IMG/VR virus record: IMGVR_UViG_3300035701_002605
Coordinates: 1 to 58,261 of that record
Source: a virus
Lineage: Duplodnaviria; Caudoviricetes
Reading direction: 5' to 3' (one strand)
Length of the DNA: 58,261 nt
Shown here piece after piece: positions 1 to 9,743 of the stretch. A program made the translations under genes and the position numbers. How positions within the stretch are numbered: position 1 is the stretch's first letter; each line of letters opens with the position of its first letter. The notes below the pieces were generated by a model. That model saw nothing but the letters and a program-made list of their open reading frames with translations. It was not told the origin of the DNA and searched no databases.

Positions 1-192
1 TGAGTGCGCGGCGTATTGTCAACGAAGGAAAAGCCGCCCAGCATTAGGCTATGGGGCGAGCCGTCTACGGCGCGAACAGTAACGTCTAGCGACGTGGCCG
101 TCGCCAGAAAATACCAGCCCTGGTGAAGGTACTGGCTGATGGCGATCGACTGGAAGACCGGCACCGCTCCGGGGTCGCCGGCCACGGTGCCG
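1..192. repeat. Terminal direct repeat / circular assembly overlap, left copy
   Basis: Identical to 58070-58261 except C65 vs T58134; the exact match after the mismatch is 127 bp. Confidence 0.95.
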
Positions 193-473
193 GCGTCCAG
201 CAGTAGGTCGGTCGGTAGCCCTGCCGCTTCCTTGTAGATGCCCAGGCGTATGAGCGCGCCGGCAGCCCCGGCGGTCTGTACCTCGATCCCGATGGCGGTA
301 GCCAGGACACCGGCCGGGTTTGGCACGTAGATAGGCGTGACCCTGAACCACAGTTTGCCCGTCGCAAGAATGCCAGTACCGTTCCCCAGCGGCGAGGAGT
401 AGAAGCGGCCCGTCGCCCAGGGGATGCACCAGGGAACGGGTAGGGCGGAGCGAGTGAAGTTCCGCTTGACCAT
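1..473 (-). CDS. 5' part of a junction-spanning virion/tail-associated protein (about 201 aa, continues 58069-57937)
   Basis: ATG at 473 overlaps the TAA of the upstream gene; frame MVKRNFTRS...ATGRFYSSPL...RLGIYKEAAG runs into the 57937..58254 ORF; joined length 606 nt. Confidence 0.85.
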   Translation of the reverse strand, partial: MVKRNFTRSALPVPWCIPWATGRFYSSPLGNGTGILATGKLWFRVTPIYVPNPAGVLATAIGIEVQTAGAAGALIRLGIYKEAAGLPTDLLLDAGTVAGDPGAVPVFQSIAISQYLHQGWYFLATATSLDVTVRAVDGSPHSLMLGGFSFVDNTPRT

Positions 474-799
474 TAGGCGTTCTCTATCACCGTTCCCAGG
501 CAGTCGACTCCCGCGCCGGACGCCTGCGCCCTTATCTTCTCGCCGGCCGCCGCCAGCGTTACCATCCCGGACCAGTTCAGGGTACCCTTGGCCGGCACGG
601 TCTCGTCGTCCATTAGGAAGCGCGAGGTCGTGTTGCCGGCGTCGCGGTGCCACACGTCGACTGTGATGTCAGCGGTCGTCGTGTTGCAGAAGTGTAGGGC
701 GACTAGCATCCCACGGCTGGCCGCAGCCACAAAGGCCGTGAACAAGTCGGTGGCGCCGGCGCCGACCGCTACGTTGATAGTCTGGGGTGTCGAAGCCAC
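473..799 (-). CDS. Small virion-associated beta-rich protein
   Basis: 108 aa, GGAGG RBS, located in the tail module. Confidence 0.7.
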   Translation of the reverse strand: MASTPQTINVAVGAGATDLFTAFVAAASRGMLVALHFCNTTTADITVDVWHRDAGNTTSRFLMDDETVPAKGTLNWSGMVTLAAAGEKIRAQASGAGVDCLGTVIENA

Positions 800-809
800 G
801 GCGACCTCC

Positions 810-1523
810 TTAGAACGCTACGGCGTAGGCCAGCGCCAGTATATCATCGCCCCCGCCGACTCCCCCAGTAGCGCCGATGTGGTAGCGGGCCACGCCGCCG
901 GGGGTACACTCGCCGCTGATCCAGACGCCGGACTCCTCTTGCAGATCGGCTACCAGGCTATCGCAAAACCAGGCGCCGTTCGCCTCCCAATAGACCGTGC
1001 CGCTGGCGCCCCCGCCGCCCCCGCAGGGCGGCTCACAGTAGGCGCCCAGGATGTAGCTAGCGACGCCCAGGACGCACGTCCCGCTGATCCAGACGCCCGG
1101 CCCTTCCAGTAGGTTTAGGGCCTGGCCGGCGCAGAGCCAGTTGCTATCGAGCAAGAAGTCGACGCCGCTCATGCCGCCCCCGCCGGGGCCGCCGCACGGC
1201 GGCGCGCAATAGGCGCCGATCAAGTAGTGCGCCCGGCCGGAGGCAAAGGAAGCGCTGATCCAGACGCCTAGGCCCTCGTGTAGCTCTAGCTCATCGCCCA
1301 GCCCCAGGAGGTTGGTGTTGAAGTACCACTCCACCGGCCGGTTGGCAGCCGGGATCACGCCGCCGCCGAACGATGTCGCACGGAGCGTACTGCCGGCGGA
1401 GAACGAGTCTAGCCGGACCCGTAGCCGGCGTATCTCCCGCTCGTTCTGCTTGACCTGGGAGGCTACCGCGTCGAACTCGCCCGTCAGCATCTCAGTCCCA
1501 GACCACTGCGACGCCCAAGACAT
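810..1523 (-). CDS. Putative tail fibre/minor tail protein with three internal repeats
   Basis: Three copies of L.EG.GVWIS...Y.IGA separated by Gly runs; N-terminal coiled coil. Confidence 0.65.
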   Translation of the reverse strand: MSWASQWSGTEMLTGEFDAVASQVKQNEREIRRLRVRLDSFSAGSTLRATSFGGGVIPAANRPVEWYFNTNLLGLGDELELHEGLGVWISASFASGRAHYLIGAYCAPPCGGPGGGGMSGVDFLLDSNWLCAGQALNLLEGPGVWISGTCVLGVASYILGAYCEPPCGGGGGASGTVYWEANGAWFCDSLVADLQEESGVWISGECTPGGVARYHIGATGGVGGGDDILALAYAVAF

Positions 1524-4500
1524 GCGGGTACATCATGCCCAAGTCGCTCGTCAGATTGTATTCGCGATCCGACCAATCATCTTCGCCCCCCGCATAGATA
1601 TCGTCGAAGCTGTAGATGCAAACGGAGCGCCGCATTGGGAACCAGAGCCAGTTATTGTAAGGATCGTAGGCGATTCCTACCTGGGCACCCTGAGCGAGAG
1701 TCCAGCCGACAGGCACCCCAACCATCTCCCAGGACGTTCCCTCATCGAGTGTGCGGAAGATGGGCGACTCAGGGTATGTGCTTCCATTGGCCGAGTTGTA
1801 GCAGAGATAGATGGGACCCACGGGGCCAGCGCGGCAGAACTCCTGTGGATTCTGAGTTGTCGCGATACTTGTCAAATCATAGTTCGTCCACGTTGTCCCC
1901 AGATCATCAGACCAGCTCACATCATCACCGATGTTGCTCGTGATTAGCATTCTGCCGCCGACCGACCAGATGGCGAGCTGCGCAGGTGCAGCCACTGATG
2001 GATGACACGTCACGTTCGTGTTGGATGGCACCCCACCCCATGCGGTCCAGATAGCGCCGCCATTTGTTGTCACCCTTCCGGCGGCATCAAACAGGTTCCT
2101 ACCGACAGTGAATATCTTGTTCGGATCACTAGGATGGCAGGCAATGGCATAGTAGGTGCGGAAATAATTGAGAATGTTGTCGTGAAGGTTCTCCTCAAAG
2201 GAAAGTACCCAGGTCGCTCCCCAATCGTCGCTGTAGGCGATGCAGTAGTGGCGAGAAGCCGAAGGCGTACAACTCGAATTGTCTCGCCAGATGCTCCAAA
2301 GTCGCGTCGAGCCAGGTGTCGCGTCGATGCCCAAACAGCGGATGTACGGGCCGTAGAGTACGCCCGTGGGCGCAGTTGAGATGCTCCAGATTACGCCGTA
2401 ATCGTCGGAATACCTGGGCAGGCCATCGCTGACGAGGTGTGTCATGTGGCCGCCGCCCCAGTAGCGAAGGCCCCAATTATTGGCGGGCATCGCCGCATTT
2501 ACAGTTTCCCAGGCACCATCGACAAGCCGCACAAGTCGACGATCAACGCCAGTACTACCATCACGAATCAACATGTAGGGATGGCTCACGCCGCCTGCGG
2601 GAGTCTGCGTCGCCGCCGAGAGCGCTATCATCTTGCCCTTCGAGGCCGCATGGGCCGCCTCGAAGCCGGTAGCGGGCCGCAACTTGCCGATGGTGGCGAA
2701 GCGGTCCCAGGACTTGTAGACCAGGCCTGGGTAGTTCGGCCCCTGGGCGGCCACCAGGTAGACGCCGGGCATCCACCAGTTGAAGGCCCCGATCCAGAGG
2801 CCGTGGTTCGGCTCGTCCGTACCGCTGGGGCCGGTATCAAGGTGGGCCGGGGCTACGGTCACGGCCATGCGGTTCGTCACGGGGTCCACGTCGCCCCGGT
2901 AGATCACCGCGTCGTTGTAGGCAAAGGCGAACTTGCCCACGGCGAAGTCGGGCGCGATCCAGCGGCCCCGGCTCTTGGCGGGCAGGCCGCTGGCACGTTT
3001 CCAGCCGGCTCCTGAGCCGAGAACATTCGGCGTGTAGTAGACGCCGGTGAGCCAGGTCGCCGAGTTAAACAGGATGGCGAGTTCGTCCGCCTCCCGGCTG
3101 GCCGCCTCCTTGACGTAGAGATCGGTCGGCCCGCCAGCACCGAGATCGCCAAGGAGTTCGCCGCCAACCTGGGCCTGGGCCCAGTTGCCGTCAAGGTTGG
3201 CATCCCAGCAGATGAGCGGCCAACCGACAAGGCCCGCGCCCCAGTCGATATTCTGGCCGCCGAAGACCCAGACGCCCTCCGGTGCGGGCGTGGCGATCCG
3301 GCTGCCGTGTACGTGCTCGCCCTTGGTCGGCACGAGCCAAGGCAGGGTGTTCAGGTCCTTGTAGACCAGCCAGGAGCCAGCGGCGCCGTCATCCTGGGAC
3401 CGCCAGAGTTCGCCATCCCAGGCAAGCGCCCAGCAGTCCGTCGGATGGTTCAGGTCCCACCAGACATGCTCGAACGGCGAGTCAACACCGCTGAGGACGC
3501 AGGTCGGGGCCGTCGCGCAGTAGTCCGTCGTGCGGTAGAGGCGGCCGGCGGCGGCGGTCGTACCGCTGAGGCCGTAGACGCCGTAGCCGTAGTGCTCGCC
3601 GTCAGGCGGCTTGCAGCCCACCGCCACTACGCCCCATCCGGCGGGCGCCGCCTGGTCATTCCACGTCACGCCGCCATCGGGCGAGGCGCTGAACCAGGCG
3701 TCGAAGGCCACGAAGAGAGCTGGCACCTGGACGATGCCTGTACCCTCGTCGACCGACACCGGCAGGGTGATATCGTCGGAGCACGGAGGCGTGCCGTTGT
3801 CGGTGACGGTGAGCGTGACCTGCCACGTGCCGGTTATGCCGGTGGGGTCTACCCGTTGCGTAAAAATGCAGTCGGTCCCGCTGCCCGAGACCTTGTGGGG
3901 AGTCTGGTTATCGGTCCACGAGTAGAGAACGATGCTCCCGTCCGGGTCGACGCTCCCGCAGGCGTCGAAGGTCACGATGGCCCACACCTGGCTCCCCATC
4001 ACCTGAAGGTCGGTAAAGTAGGTGAAGAGCGCGAACGGGCAGATGTTGACCGTGAAGCCGGAGCCGGGGCCGCCGTACAGCGTGGTGAAGTCGGTTACAA
4101 ACTGCATGCTGTCGATCCGGGTCCGGTAGTCGCCGACGAACCAGTTGCCGGTGGTGCGGCTATAGGCCGGGTCTTCGAGCCCGATGGTGACGCCTAGGGC
4201 GACCTTGGGATCGCCGTCTACTTCGGCGGTGATCTGGGTAAGCAGGCGGTTATAGAGGGTGACTAGCCGGGCCGCCACGGTGCCGGCCTTGACTGGCGTG
4301 TCGATAAGCTCGTTCGAGAACAGGAGATCGTTGTAGCCCTGGCTCCCATCCGGCATTCGCACCCACGGGCTGCCGGCTAGGGCCGTACCCTCTACGTCGA
4401 TGGAGACCTCGGTGCCGTCCGGGTTTGTCTGGGTATAGGTACAGCCCCGGACCCAGGCCTGGTTCTTTACGTCGCGGGTCTGCTGCGTCTGGCCGATGTG

Positions 4501-5157
4501 CCGCAGGCGCGGCCGGCCGGAGGCTACGCCGGGCGGGTAGCTTTCGACTAGGGCCGTTAGGACTCCGCTGAAGTAGACCCGCCAGGCGGTAGCGCTGGGA
4601 ACGGGGTCTATCGCCTCTACCCGGACCGTGCCGGTCGGTAGCTCCCACCACAGCCCACCGTCAACCTCGGCGATCTTAGTGATGGCTTCGGAATAGCTCT
4701 GAAACTCTAGGTCCTCGGGGCAGACGGTTCCGGGCGTCCAGGCCGGCAGGTTGACGGAGTAGTCGGTAAGGCCGGACGCGGCTAGTAGCTCCTCTACCAG
4801 TTGGCTAGCGGTCTTGCTGCCGTCTACGGAGACCGTCACCTTATGGAAGGTATTTTCGAGGACCGCCGACTTCCCCTGGCACTCGATGGTGACGCCTGTC
4901 TCGTCGGCGTTGACGTTTAGCACCGTACCCGTAAAGCAGCGGGCGGTGAGGCCGTTCCAGCCGGCGTCGATGGTAACGGCGGCGCCGAAGACGGCGGCCC
5001 CCGGCGCGGGGTTACGGACCCGGATGTTAGCCGTAGGCGGGCGCTGGAAGGTAAACGCCCACTCCGCCGAGAGTACGTCGGCGATCAGCGCCCCGCCCAT
5101 GATCACGCGGAGCGTAGCGGTCTTGGCGTCTACGTTCTGGTAGAGGTTGCTGACCAT
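1492..5157 (-). CDS. Tail tip/baseplate hub protein with PKD-like domain and BNR/Asp-box beta-propeller region
   Basis: 1221 aa after the distal tail gene; FDACGSVDPDGSIVLYSW...VTLTVTDN (PKD-like); Asp-boxes YSDDYGVIW, YSDDWGATW, WSDDLGTTW, RTLDEGTSW. Confidence 0.8.
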   Translation of the reverse strand: MVSNLYQNVDAKTATLRVIMGGALIADVLSAEWAFTFQRPPTANIRVRNPAPGAAVFGAAVTIDAGWNGLTARCFTGTVLNVNADETGVTIECQGKSAVLENTFHKVTVSVDGSKTASQLVEELLAASGLTDYSVNLPAWTPGTVCPEDLEFQSYSEAITKIAEVDGGLWWELPTGTVRVEAIDPVPSATAWRVYFSGVLTALVESYPPGVASGRPRLRHIGQTQQTRDVKNQAWVRGCTYTQTNPDGTEVSIDVEGTALAGSPWVRMPDGSQGYNDLLFSNELIDTPVKAGTVAARLVTLYNRLLTQITAEVDGDPKVALGVTIGLEDPAYSRTTGNWFVGDYRTRIDSMQFVTDFTTLYGGPGSGFTVNICPFALFTYFTDLQVMGSQVWAIVTFDACGSVDPDGSIVLYSWTDNQTPHKVSGSGTDCIFTQRVDPTGITGTWQVTLTVTDNGTPPCSDDITLPVSVDEGTGIVQVPALFVAFDAWFSASPDGGVTWNDQAAPAGWGVVAVGCKPPDGEHYGYGVYGLSGTTAAAGRLYRTTDYCATAPTCVLSGVDSPFEHVWWDLNHPTDCWALAWDGELWRSQDDGAAGSWLVYKDLNTLPWLVPTKGEHVHGSRIATPAPEGVWVFGGQNIDWGAGLVGWPLICWDANLDGNWAQAQVGGELLGDLGAGGPTDLYVKEAASREADELAILFNSATWLTGVYYTPNVLGSGAGWKRASGLPAKSRGRWIAPDFAVGKFAFAYNDAVIYRGDVDPVTNRMAVTVAPAHLDTGPSGTDEPNHGLWIGAFNWWMPGVYLVAAQGPNYPGLVYKSWDRFATIGKLRPATGFEAAHAASKGKMIALSAATQTPAGGVSHPYMLIRDGSTGVDRRLVRLVDGAWETVNAAMPANNWGLRYWGGGHMTHLVSDGLPRYSDDYGVIWSISTAPTGVLYGPYIRCLGIDATPGSTRLWSIWRDNSSCTPSASRHYCIAYSDDWGATWVLSFEENLHDNILNYFRTYYAIACHPSDPNKIFTVGRNLFDAAGRVTTNGGAIWTAWGGVPSNTNVTCHPSVAAPAQLAIWSVGGRMLITSNIGDDVSWSDDLGTTWTNYDLTSIATTQNPQEFCRAGPVGPIYLCYNSANGSTYPESPIFRTLDEGTSWEMVGVPVGWTLAQGAQVGIAYDPYNNWLWFPMRRSVCIYSFDDIYAGGEDDWSDREYNLTSDLGMMYPHVLGVAVVWD

Positions 5158-5158
5158 G

Positions 5159-5518
5159 CTACTGCGAAATTAGCTCGACCCGGACTCGGAGCGCATTGGC
5201 GGCGTCGCCGCTCCATGGGCCGGCCTGGTCTACGGGCGTAACGCCGGCCAGGAAGGCCGCCCGCGTGTTAGGCGCGCTTTCCCAGTCGGTGAAGTTGGCG
5301 ACGGTGTTGACTAGGGCGAGCAGGGCGGCGTAGCGGGCCAGCGTCAGGTAGCACTCGAAGGCGCGCATGGCCGAGCCGACGCCGAGCGTAACGATGCTGT
5401 CCCTGGCAGCCCCTAGGGGCGTTGCCCTGTCTAGCTTTAGCTGGACGGCCCATCCGCTATCGGCGCCGGCTACCGGCGCCTCCTCTGCGGCGAATGTGAA
5501 GCCCCCAAAGGCGGCCAC
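5159..5518 (-). CDS. Putative distal tail protein
   Basis: Position between tape measure and tail tip genes; RBS present. Confidence 0.55.
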   Translation of the reverse strand: MAAFGGFTFAAEEAPVAGADSGWAVQLKLDRATPLGAARDSIVTLGVGSAMRAFECYLTLARYAALLALVNTVANFTDWESAPNTRAAFLAGVTPVDQAGPWSGDAANALRVRVELISQ

Positions 5519-5527
5519 GGCATCCTC

Positions 5528-8500
5528 CTATCCGATGGCGGACCCCAGCGGGGCGCCCTGTAGGTAGCTCCGCTGGCGGGCCTCATGTAGCGCGTCGGTG
5601 ACGGCCTGATGCGCCCGCCGAGTGATCTCCATCCAGTCGGCGCCGCCCTCGATGTTGACCGTTACGGGCATAGCGAAGGAACGGCTGCCGCCCAGCGGCA
5701 TGATCTCCTCGCCGGCGTGGGCCATGATCAACTGCGGCTGCCCGCGCGGCCCCGGCACGATCCCGCCGTACTGGGCGGTGGGTATCTGGGCCGCCGGCAG
5801 CGGTAGGGCCGCGAGCATAAAGATGATGGCGCCGAGCGAGTCCATCCAGCCCTGCATTAGCTCCGCCTGGGTGCGGTACAGGTCGATCACCGGCTGGGCG
5901 GCCGCCGAGAGGTCGGCCATCTTCTGCACCAGCGTCCCGGCCTGGGCGTACTGCTCCGCGTCGGTGAGCAGCGTCTTATTCGCCATGTCAAGCTGGGCGC
6001 GCATAACGTCTACCTCGGCCTGGCGGACCGCGTTGACGTTCTCGATCTTCTGGATCTCCCGGTCTATGCCGGCTAGCGCCTCGTCAGTGGCCCCGGTAGC
6101 GACCATCTGGGCGCGCCGTAGCTTCAGTTGCGCTAGCTGGTAGTTGATCGCCGCCTGCTCCTTGGTAGGGGCGGCAAAGAGGGCATTGAACTGGCTTTGC
6201 AGGTCGGTGAGGCTGGAAACAACGGCGTCGGCGATCTGCTTTAGCTGGTCAAGGGACTCGCTGGCAGCCAGGGCGCGCATAAAGTCCCCGAAGCCCTTAC
6301 CCGTCGCCTTGAAAATGTCCAGCAGGTCGTCGGTGGAGAGCCCTAGCCGCTCCGCCGCCCGGCGCGCTAGCTCCAAGGTCCAGGGGTAGCCGGCTAGCTG
6401 CTTGTCGGTCATGCCGGCGGCCCGGCCCAGGCCCAGCAGGGTCTCCGTTAGCTCGTCTAGGGTCTCCGTGTAGGCGACGGCTTGCTGCTTGGCGGCCGCG
6501 CCCGTACCGCCCCCGACGCCGGCCCCCGGCGTCGGCACTACCACCTTGGCTTTGTAGGCGCCGATCCCGTACTTGCGGGCTAGCTCCTCGGCCATGGACT
6601 CGGCCTTGGGGGCCGGGCCGTACTGCATCGCGTACCGGCGGGCCGCTTCCGACTCGGCAACGCCGAGCATGGCGGCGTACTGTTGGACGCTGAGGACGCA
6701 GGCATTCCCGAAGTCTACGACTACGCCCGTTAGGCGTAGCACCTCCGCCTCGGCCGTAGCGGCGCTGGTATCGTCGAAGGCCGCCTGAATTAGCTGCATG
6801 TCGCCCAGGATGGCGGCCTGGGCCTCGTCTATCTTCTGGCGCGCTACGTCAACCGGCGTAGTCCAGGGCGTCAGGTCGATGGGGCCGATCTGTAGATCGA
6901 GGACTTGCAGGATCGCGTCCGCCAGCGCCAGGTAGCCCAGGGCGGCCTTGTCCAGCATTAACCGTAGCTCTTGAAGGGGCTTGGGTAGGTCCCGAACCTC
7001 GGTGCGGAACAGGCCGATCGCCCAGATGAGCCCGCCGGCGCCGGCCAGGACCGCCAGGAGCGGGTTGATCGCCATGAGCAGCCCCACTAGCCCGGCGCCT
7101 AGGGCTAGTGTCGCGGCCGTACTAGGCGGAGCCACGATCCCCAGTTGACTGAGCCCGGAGACCAGGCTAGCTAGCGCGTCTACGGTAGCTACCGCAGCGT
7201 CGCGCAGGGCCGCTAGCCCCCCGATGAAGGGCTGCATGTACGCCTGTACGTTGACGCCCTGGGCGCGAAGGGCGATAAACACCGCCACTAGGCCGGCTAC
7301 AGCGGCGAGCGCTAGACCTACCGGGCCGGCCAGGGCCGCGAAGGCGCCCCCCAGGACCGGCGCCAGGGCTATAAGGGCGCTTACTCCCGACGCCACGCTG
7401 CCCACGATCATAAGTAGCGGCCCGAGCGACGCTACCAGCAGGGCAACACCCATGATCGCCTTCTGCGCCACCGGCGGCAGTTTCTCGAACTTGTCTACTA
7501 GGAAGCCGAGTACCGTGGTTACCTGGGCAAAGGCCGGGGCGATGGTGCCGGCCACGATAGGTCCGATCTCGTCGCCCAGCCGGACTAGCTCGACGCGGAT
7601 CAGGTTTAAGGCCTGGCGCATGCGGAACCCCGGCCCCTCTGCCACTGCGTCGAATGCCGTGGCTAGGTCCTCCTCAGTGGTGTTGGCCAGGGCGGCGAAG
7701 ATACCGTTGATCATGTCGGCGCTCTGGCCGGTTATGGTCATGAAGCCGGTAAGGGCGCGAACGTTGCCTATAAACATGGAGAGGTCGGTCATGTTGCCCT
7801 TGAAGGCGACCGACAACGTGCGGAGAACGGCAAGCAGCCCTTCCTCGCGTAGCTGCTTTTGTAGCGCCTCGGCGGATAGGCCGACCTTGGCTAGGACCTC
7901 GGCGCCTTGGCCGCCGCCCTGCACTAGCTCCGTAAAGATGCCACGTAGGGCGGTGACCGCCTCGTCAGCCGACAGGCCGGTGCGAGTCATGGCGGCGATG
8001 GCCGCCGCGACCTGGTCGAAGGAAACGCCCAACTGGGACGCGATGGGGATCACTCGCCCGATGGCCGGGGCGAACTCGTTAGCCTCGCCCTTGCCTTCCC
8101 GGACGGCACCGACCAGGACGGCGGTGGCCTGGGCAGCGCTTATGGTGCTCACCCCGTAGGCGTTTAGGACGCTGGTAACGGCGTCGGCGACGACCTGGGT
8201 TTCTCCCAGGCCGGCGGCAGCGGCATAGGCGGCCGCTCTAAGGGTTTCCATGGCGGCGGCCCCCTTGATGCCAGCCGACGTGATGAAGTAGAGGGCTTCC
8301 GCGAGCTCCCCCGGCCCCTTGGCGGTAGCGCGGGAGATGTCGTAAATGTCTTTCTTCCAGGCGTTTACCTGGTCCCTTGCCACGCCCGCCAGGCCGACGA
8401 TGTGGTCTAGGGTCTCACCGAAGTCGGACCCGAACTTGAAGGCGGCCCCGCCCAGGGCCAGGATGGGCGCGGTTAGGCCCATCGTCATTGTGCGGCCGGC

Positions 8501-8653
8501 GTTAGACATCTTGGCGCCGGCGGCGTCTACCGCCTTGCCGAACGCCTGGACTTTGGTAACGGCCTGGTTGACGGCGGTATCTACGCCGGTGATGAAGCCC
8601 TTGGTGTCGGCCGCTAGCCGGACGCGGACTTCTTCGAGGGGGGTGCCGGCCAT
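5528..8653 (-). CDS. Tail tape measure protein (TP901-type core)
   Basis: 1041 aa, Ala/Gly-rich; EVRVRLAADT start; GRTMTMGLTAPI; GGIVPGP...HAGE C-terminal motif. Confidence 0.93.
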   Translation of the reverse strand: MAGTPLEEVRVRLAADTKGFITGVDTAVNQAVTKVQAFGKAVDAAGAKMSNAGRTMTMGLTAPILALGGAAFKFGSDFGETLDHIVGLAGVARDQVNAWKKDIYDISRATAKGPGELAEALYFITSAGIKGAAAMETLRAAAYAAAAGLGETQVVADAVTSVLNAYGVSTISAAQATAVLVGAVREGKGEANEFAPAIGRVIPIASQLGVSFDQVAAAIAAMTRTGLSADEAVTALRGIFTELVQGGGQGAEVLAKVGLSAEALQKQLREEGLLAVLRTLSVAFKGNMTDLSMFIGNVRALTGFMTITGQSADMINGIFAALANTTEEDLATAFDAVAEGPGFRMRQALNLIRVELVRLGDEIGPIVAGTIAPAFAQVTTVLGFLVDKFEKLPPVAQKAIMGVALLVASLGPLLMIVGSVASGVSALIALAPVLGGAFAALAGPVGLALAAVAGLVAVFIALRAQGVNVQAYMQPFIGGLAALRDAAVATVDALASLVSGLSQLGIVAPPSTAATLALGAGLVGLLMAINPLLAVLAGAGGLIWAIGLFRTEVRDLPKPLQELRLMLDKAALGYLALADAILQVLDLQIGPIDLTPWTTPVDVARQKIDEAQAAILGDMQLIQAAFDDTSAATAEAEVLRLTGVVVDFGNACVLSVQQYAAMLGVAESEAARRYAMQYGPAPKAESMAEELARKYGIGAYKAKVVVPTPGAGVGGGTGAAAKQQAVAYTETLDELTETLLGLGRAAGMTDKQLAGYPWTLELARRAAERLGLSTDDLLDIFKATGKGFGDFMRALAASESLDQLKQIADAVVSSLTDLQSQFNALFAAPTKEQAAINYQLAQLKLRRAQMVATGATDEALAGIDREIQKIENVNAVRQAEVDVMRAQLDMANKTLLTDAEQYAQAGTLVQKMADLSAAAQPVIDLYRTQAELMQGWMDSLGAIIFMLAALPLPAAQIPTAQYGGIVPGPRGQPQLIMAHAGEEIMPLGGSRSFAMPVTVNIEGGADWMEITRRAHQAVTDALHEARQRSYLQGAPLGSAIG

Positions 8654-8663
8654 AATTGCCTCG

Positions 8664-9068
8664 CTATGTAGCTGGCGGCTCGGCCTGGGCGAAGACTGCC
8701 ATGCCAGCCTTCACGATCTCGGCCAAATTAAGGGTCTTGACCGCTTTCAGGGTAGCCGCTAGCACGTCCTCTAGCGGCGCGTCGGCAAGGATCTCGGTCT
8801 CGATCCCGGTTACAGCGTTCGCCACGGCTAGGAACGTGTCGGGCTGTAGTACCGGCGCCAGCACGTCGACCATCGACATGAAAAGCTTGATCCCCAACAC
8901 GGCGCTAGGCTGTTTCCCACGCTGGGGCGCGGCCGCCTCCTCCAACATGGGTCTTAGCGCCGGGATGTGCGGGATCAGGAGCGCGGCGGCCGTCAGGCCC
9001 CGGCGCGCCGTGATCCGCCCTAGCGGATATTCCTTGTCCCCCAGCATGACCGTCTCAGGTTCTACCAC
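8664..9068 (-). CDS. Putative tail assembly chaperone
   Basis: Lies between tail tube and tape measure genes. Confidence 0.55.
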   Translation of the reverse strand: MVEPETVMLGDKEYPLGRITARRGLTAAALLIPHIPALRPMLEEAAAPQRGKQPSAVLGIKLFMSMVDVLAPVLQPDTFLAVANAVTGIETEILADAPLEDVLAATLKAVKTLNLAEIVKAGMAVFAQAEPPAT

Positions 9069-9726
9069 GGACGCCTACCTCCTCTGGCGAAATGATCACC
9101 CCTATCGGCTGGAACCGCGCCGGGACCTGGGGCATCCGCCGGCGACGGGGTGCTTCCGGCGGCCGACCCCAGGGTATGGGCGGGAACTGCTTGGGCTTCC
9201 CGTCCTTGTCGACGCCGCCGCCGGCCATCCGCCACTGGAACTCCTGCCCCTCATGTTCCAGGACCCGCGCCTCTTGGACGTAGCACATTGCCTCCTCTGG
9301 CCCGAGCCCTTCAAGGATATGGTCGGCCGGCCAGCCGTAGGCGCGCGCGAGTAAAGCTACAACTGACGCTAGGGCTCGGTGGGGGTAGTCTTCGGGGCGG
9401 GGGCCATCCTTGCCGGCGGAGTCATGCGGCCACAGGACCGCCAGCATCCCCCGGAAGCGGTTAAGGTTGACCAGGGTGCCGAAGGCCCCCATAAGCTCGG
9501 CGGGCGAGCCGGCGTCGATCTCGTCCAGGGAGAGCCCAGTGGCCGCCGCCACGTAGTCGCCGGCGATGTCCGCCATCGGCCGGCCGCTGCTTAGGATGGC
9601 TTGGAGCCGATAGTGCGCGCCCAGGCGGGCGCGCGGCACAGAGATAAGGCGGCCACCGATGTTGATCTCGGCGGCCGCCTCTTTCGCTGCTAGGGCGTCC
9701 AGGAAGTCTACGGGCGCCGGCGCCAT
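9055..9726 (-). CDS. Putative tail assembly chaperone
   Basis: Directly after the tail tube gene; YGW...IL motif typical of chaperone segments. Confidence 0.55.
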   Translation of the reverse strand: MAPAPVDFLDALAAKEAAAEINIGGRLISVPRARLGAHYRLQAILSSGRPMADIAGDYVAAATGLSLDEIDAGSPAELMGAFGTLVNLNRFRGMLAVLWPHDSAGKDGPRPEDYPHRALASVVALLARAYGWPADHILEGLGPEEAMCYVQEARVLEHEGQEFQWRMAGGGVDKDGKPKQFPPIPWGRPPEAPRRRRMPQVPARFQPIGVIISPEEVGVRGRT

Positions 9727-9743
9727 GCGCGCCCTCCGTCCGG

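Noticed and set aside
1-192. Diversity-generating retroelement (A-to-G change in an AAC codon)
   Set aside because: Only one mismatch, no reverse transcriptase gene, and the duplication is explained by circular assembly
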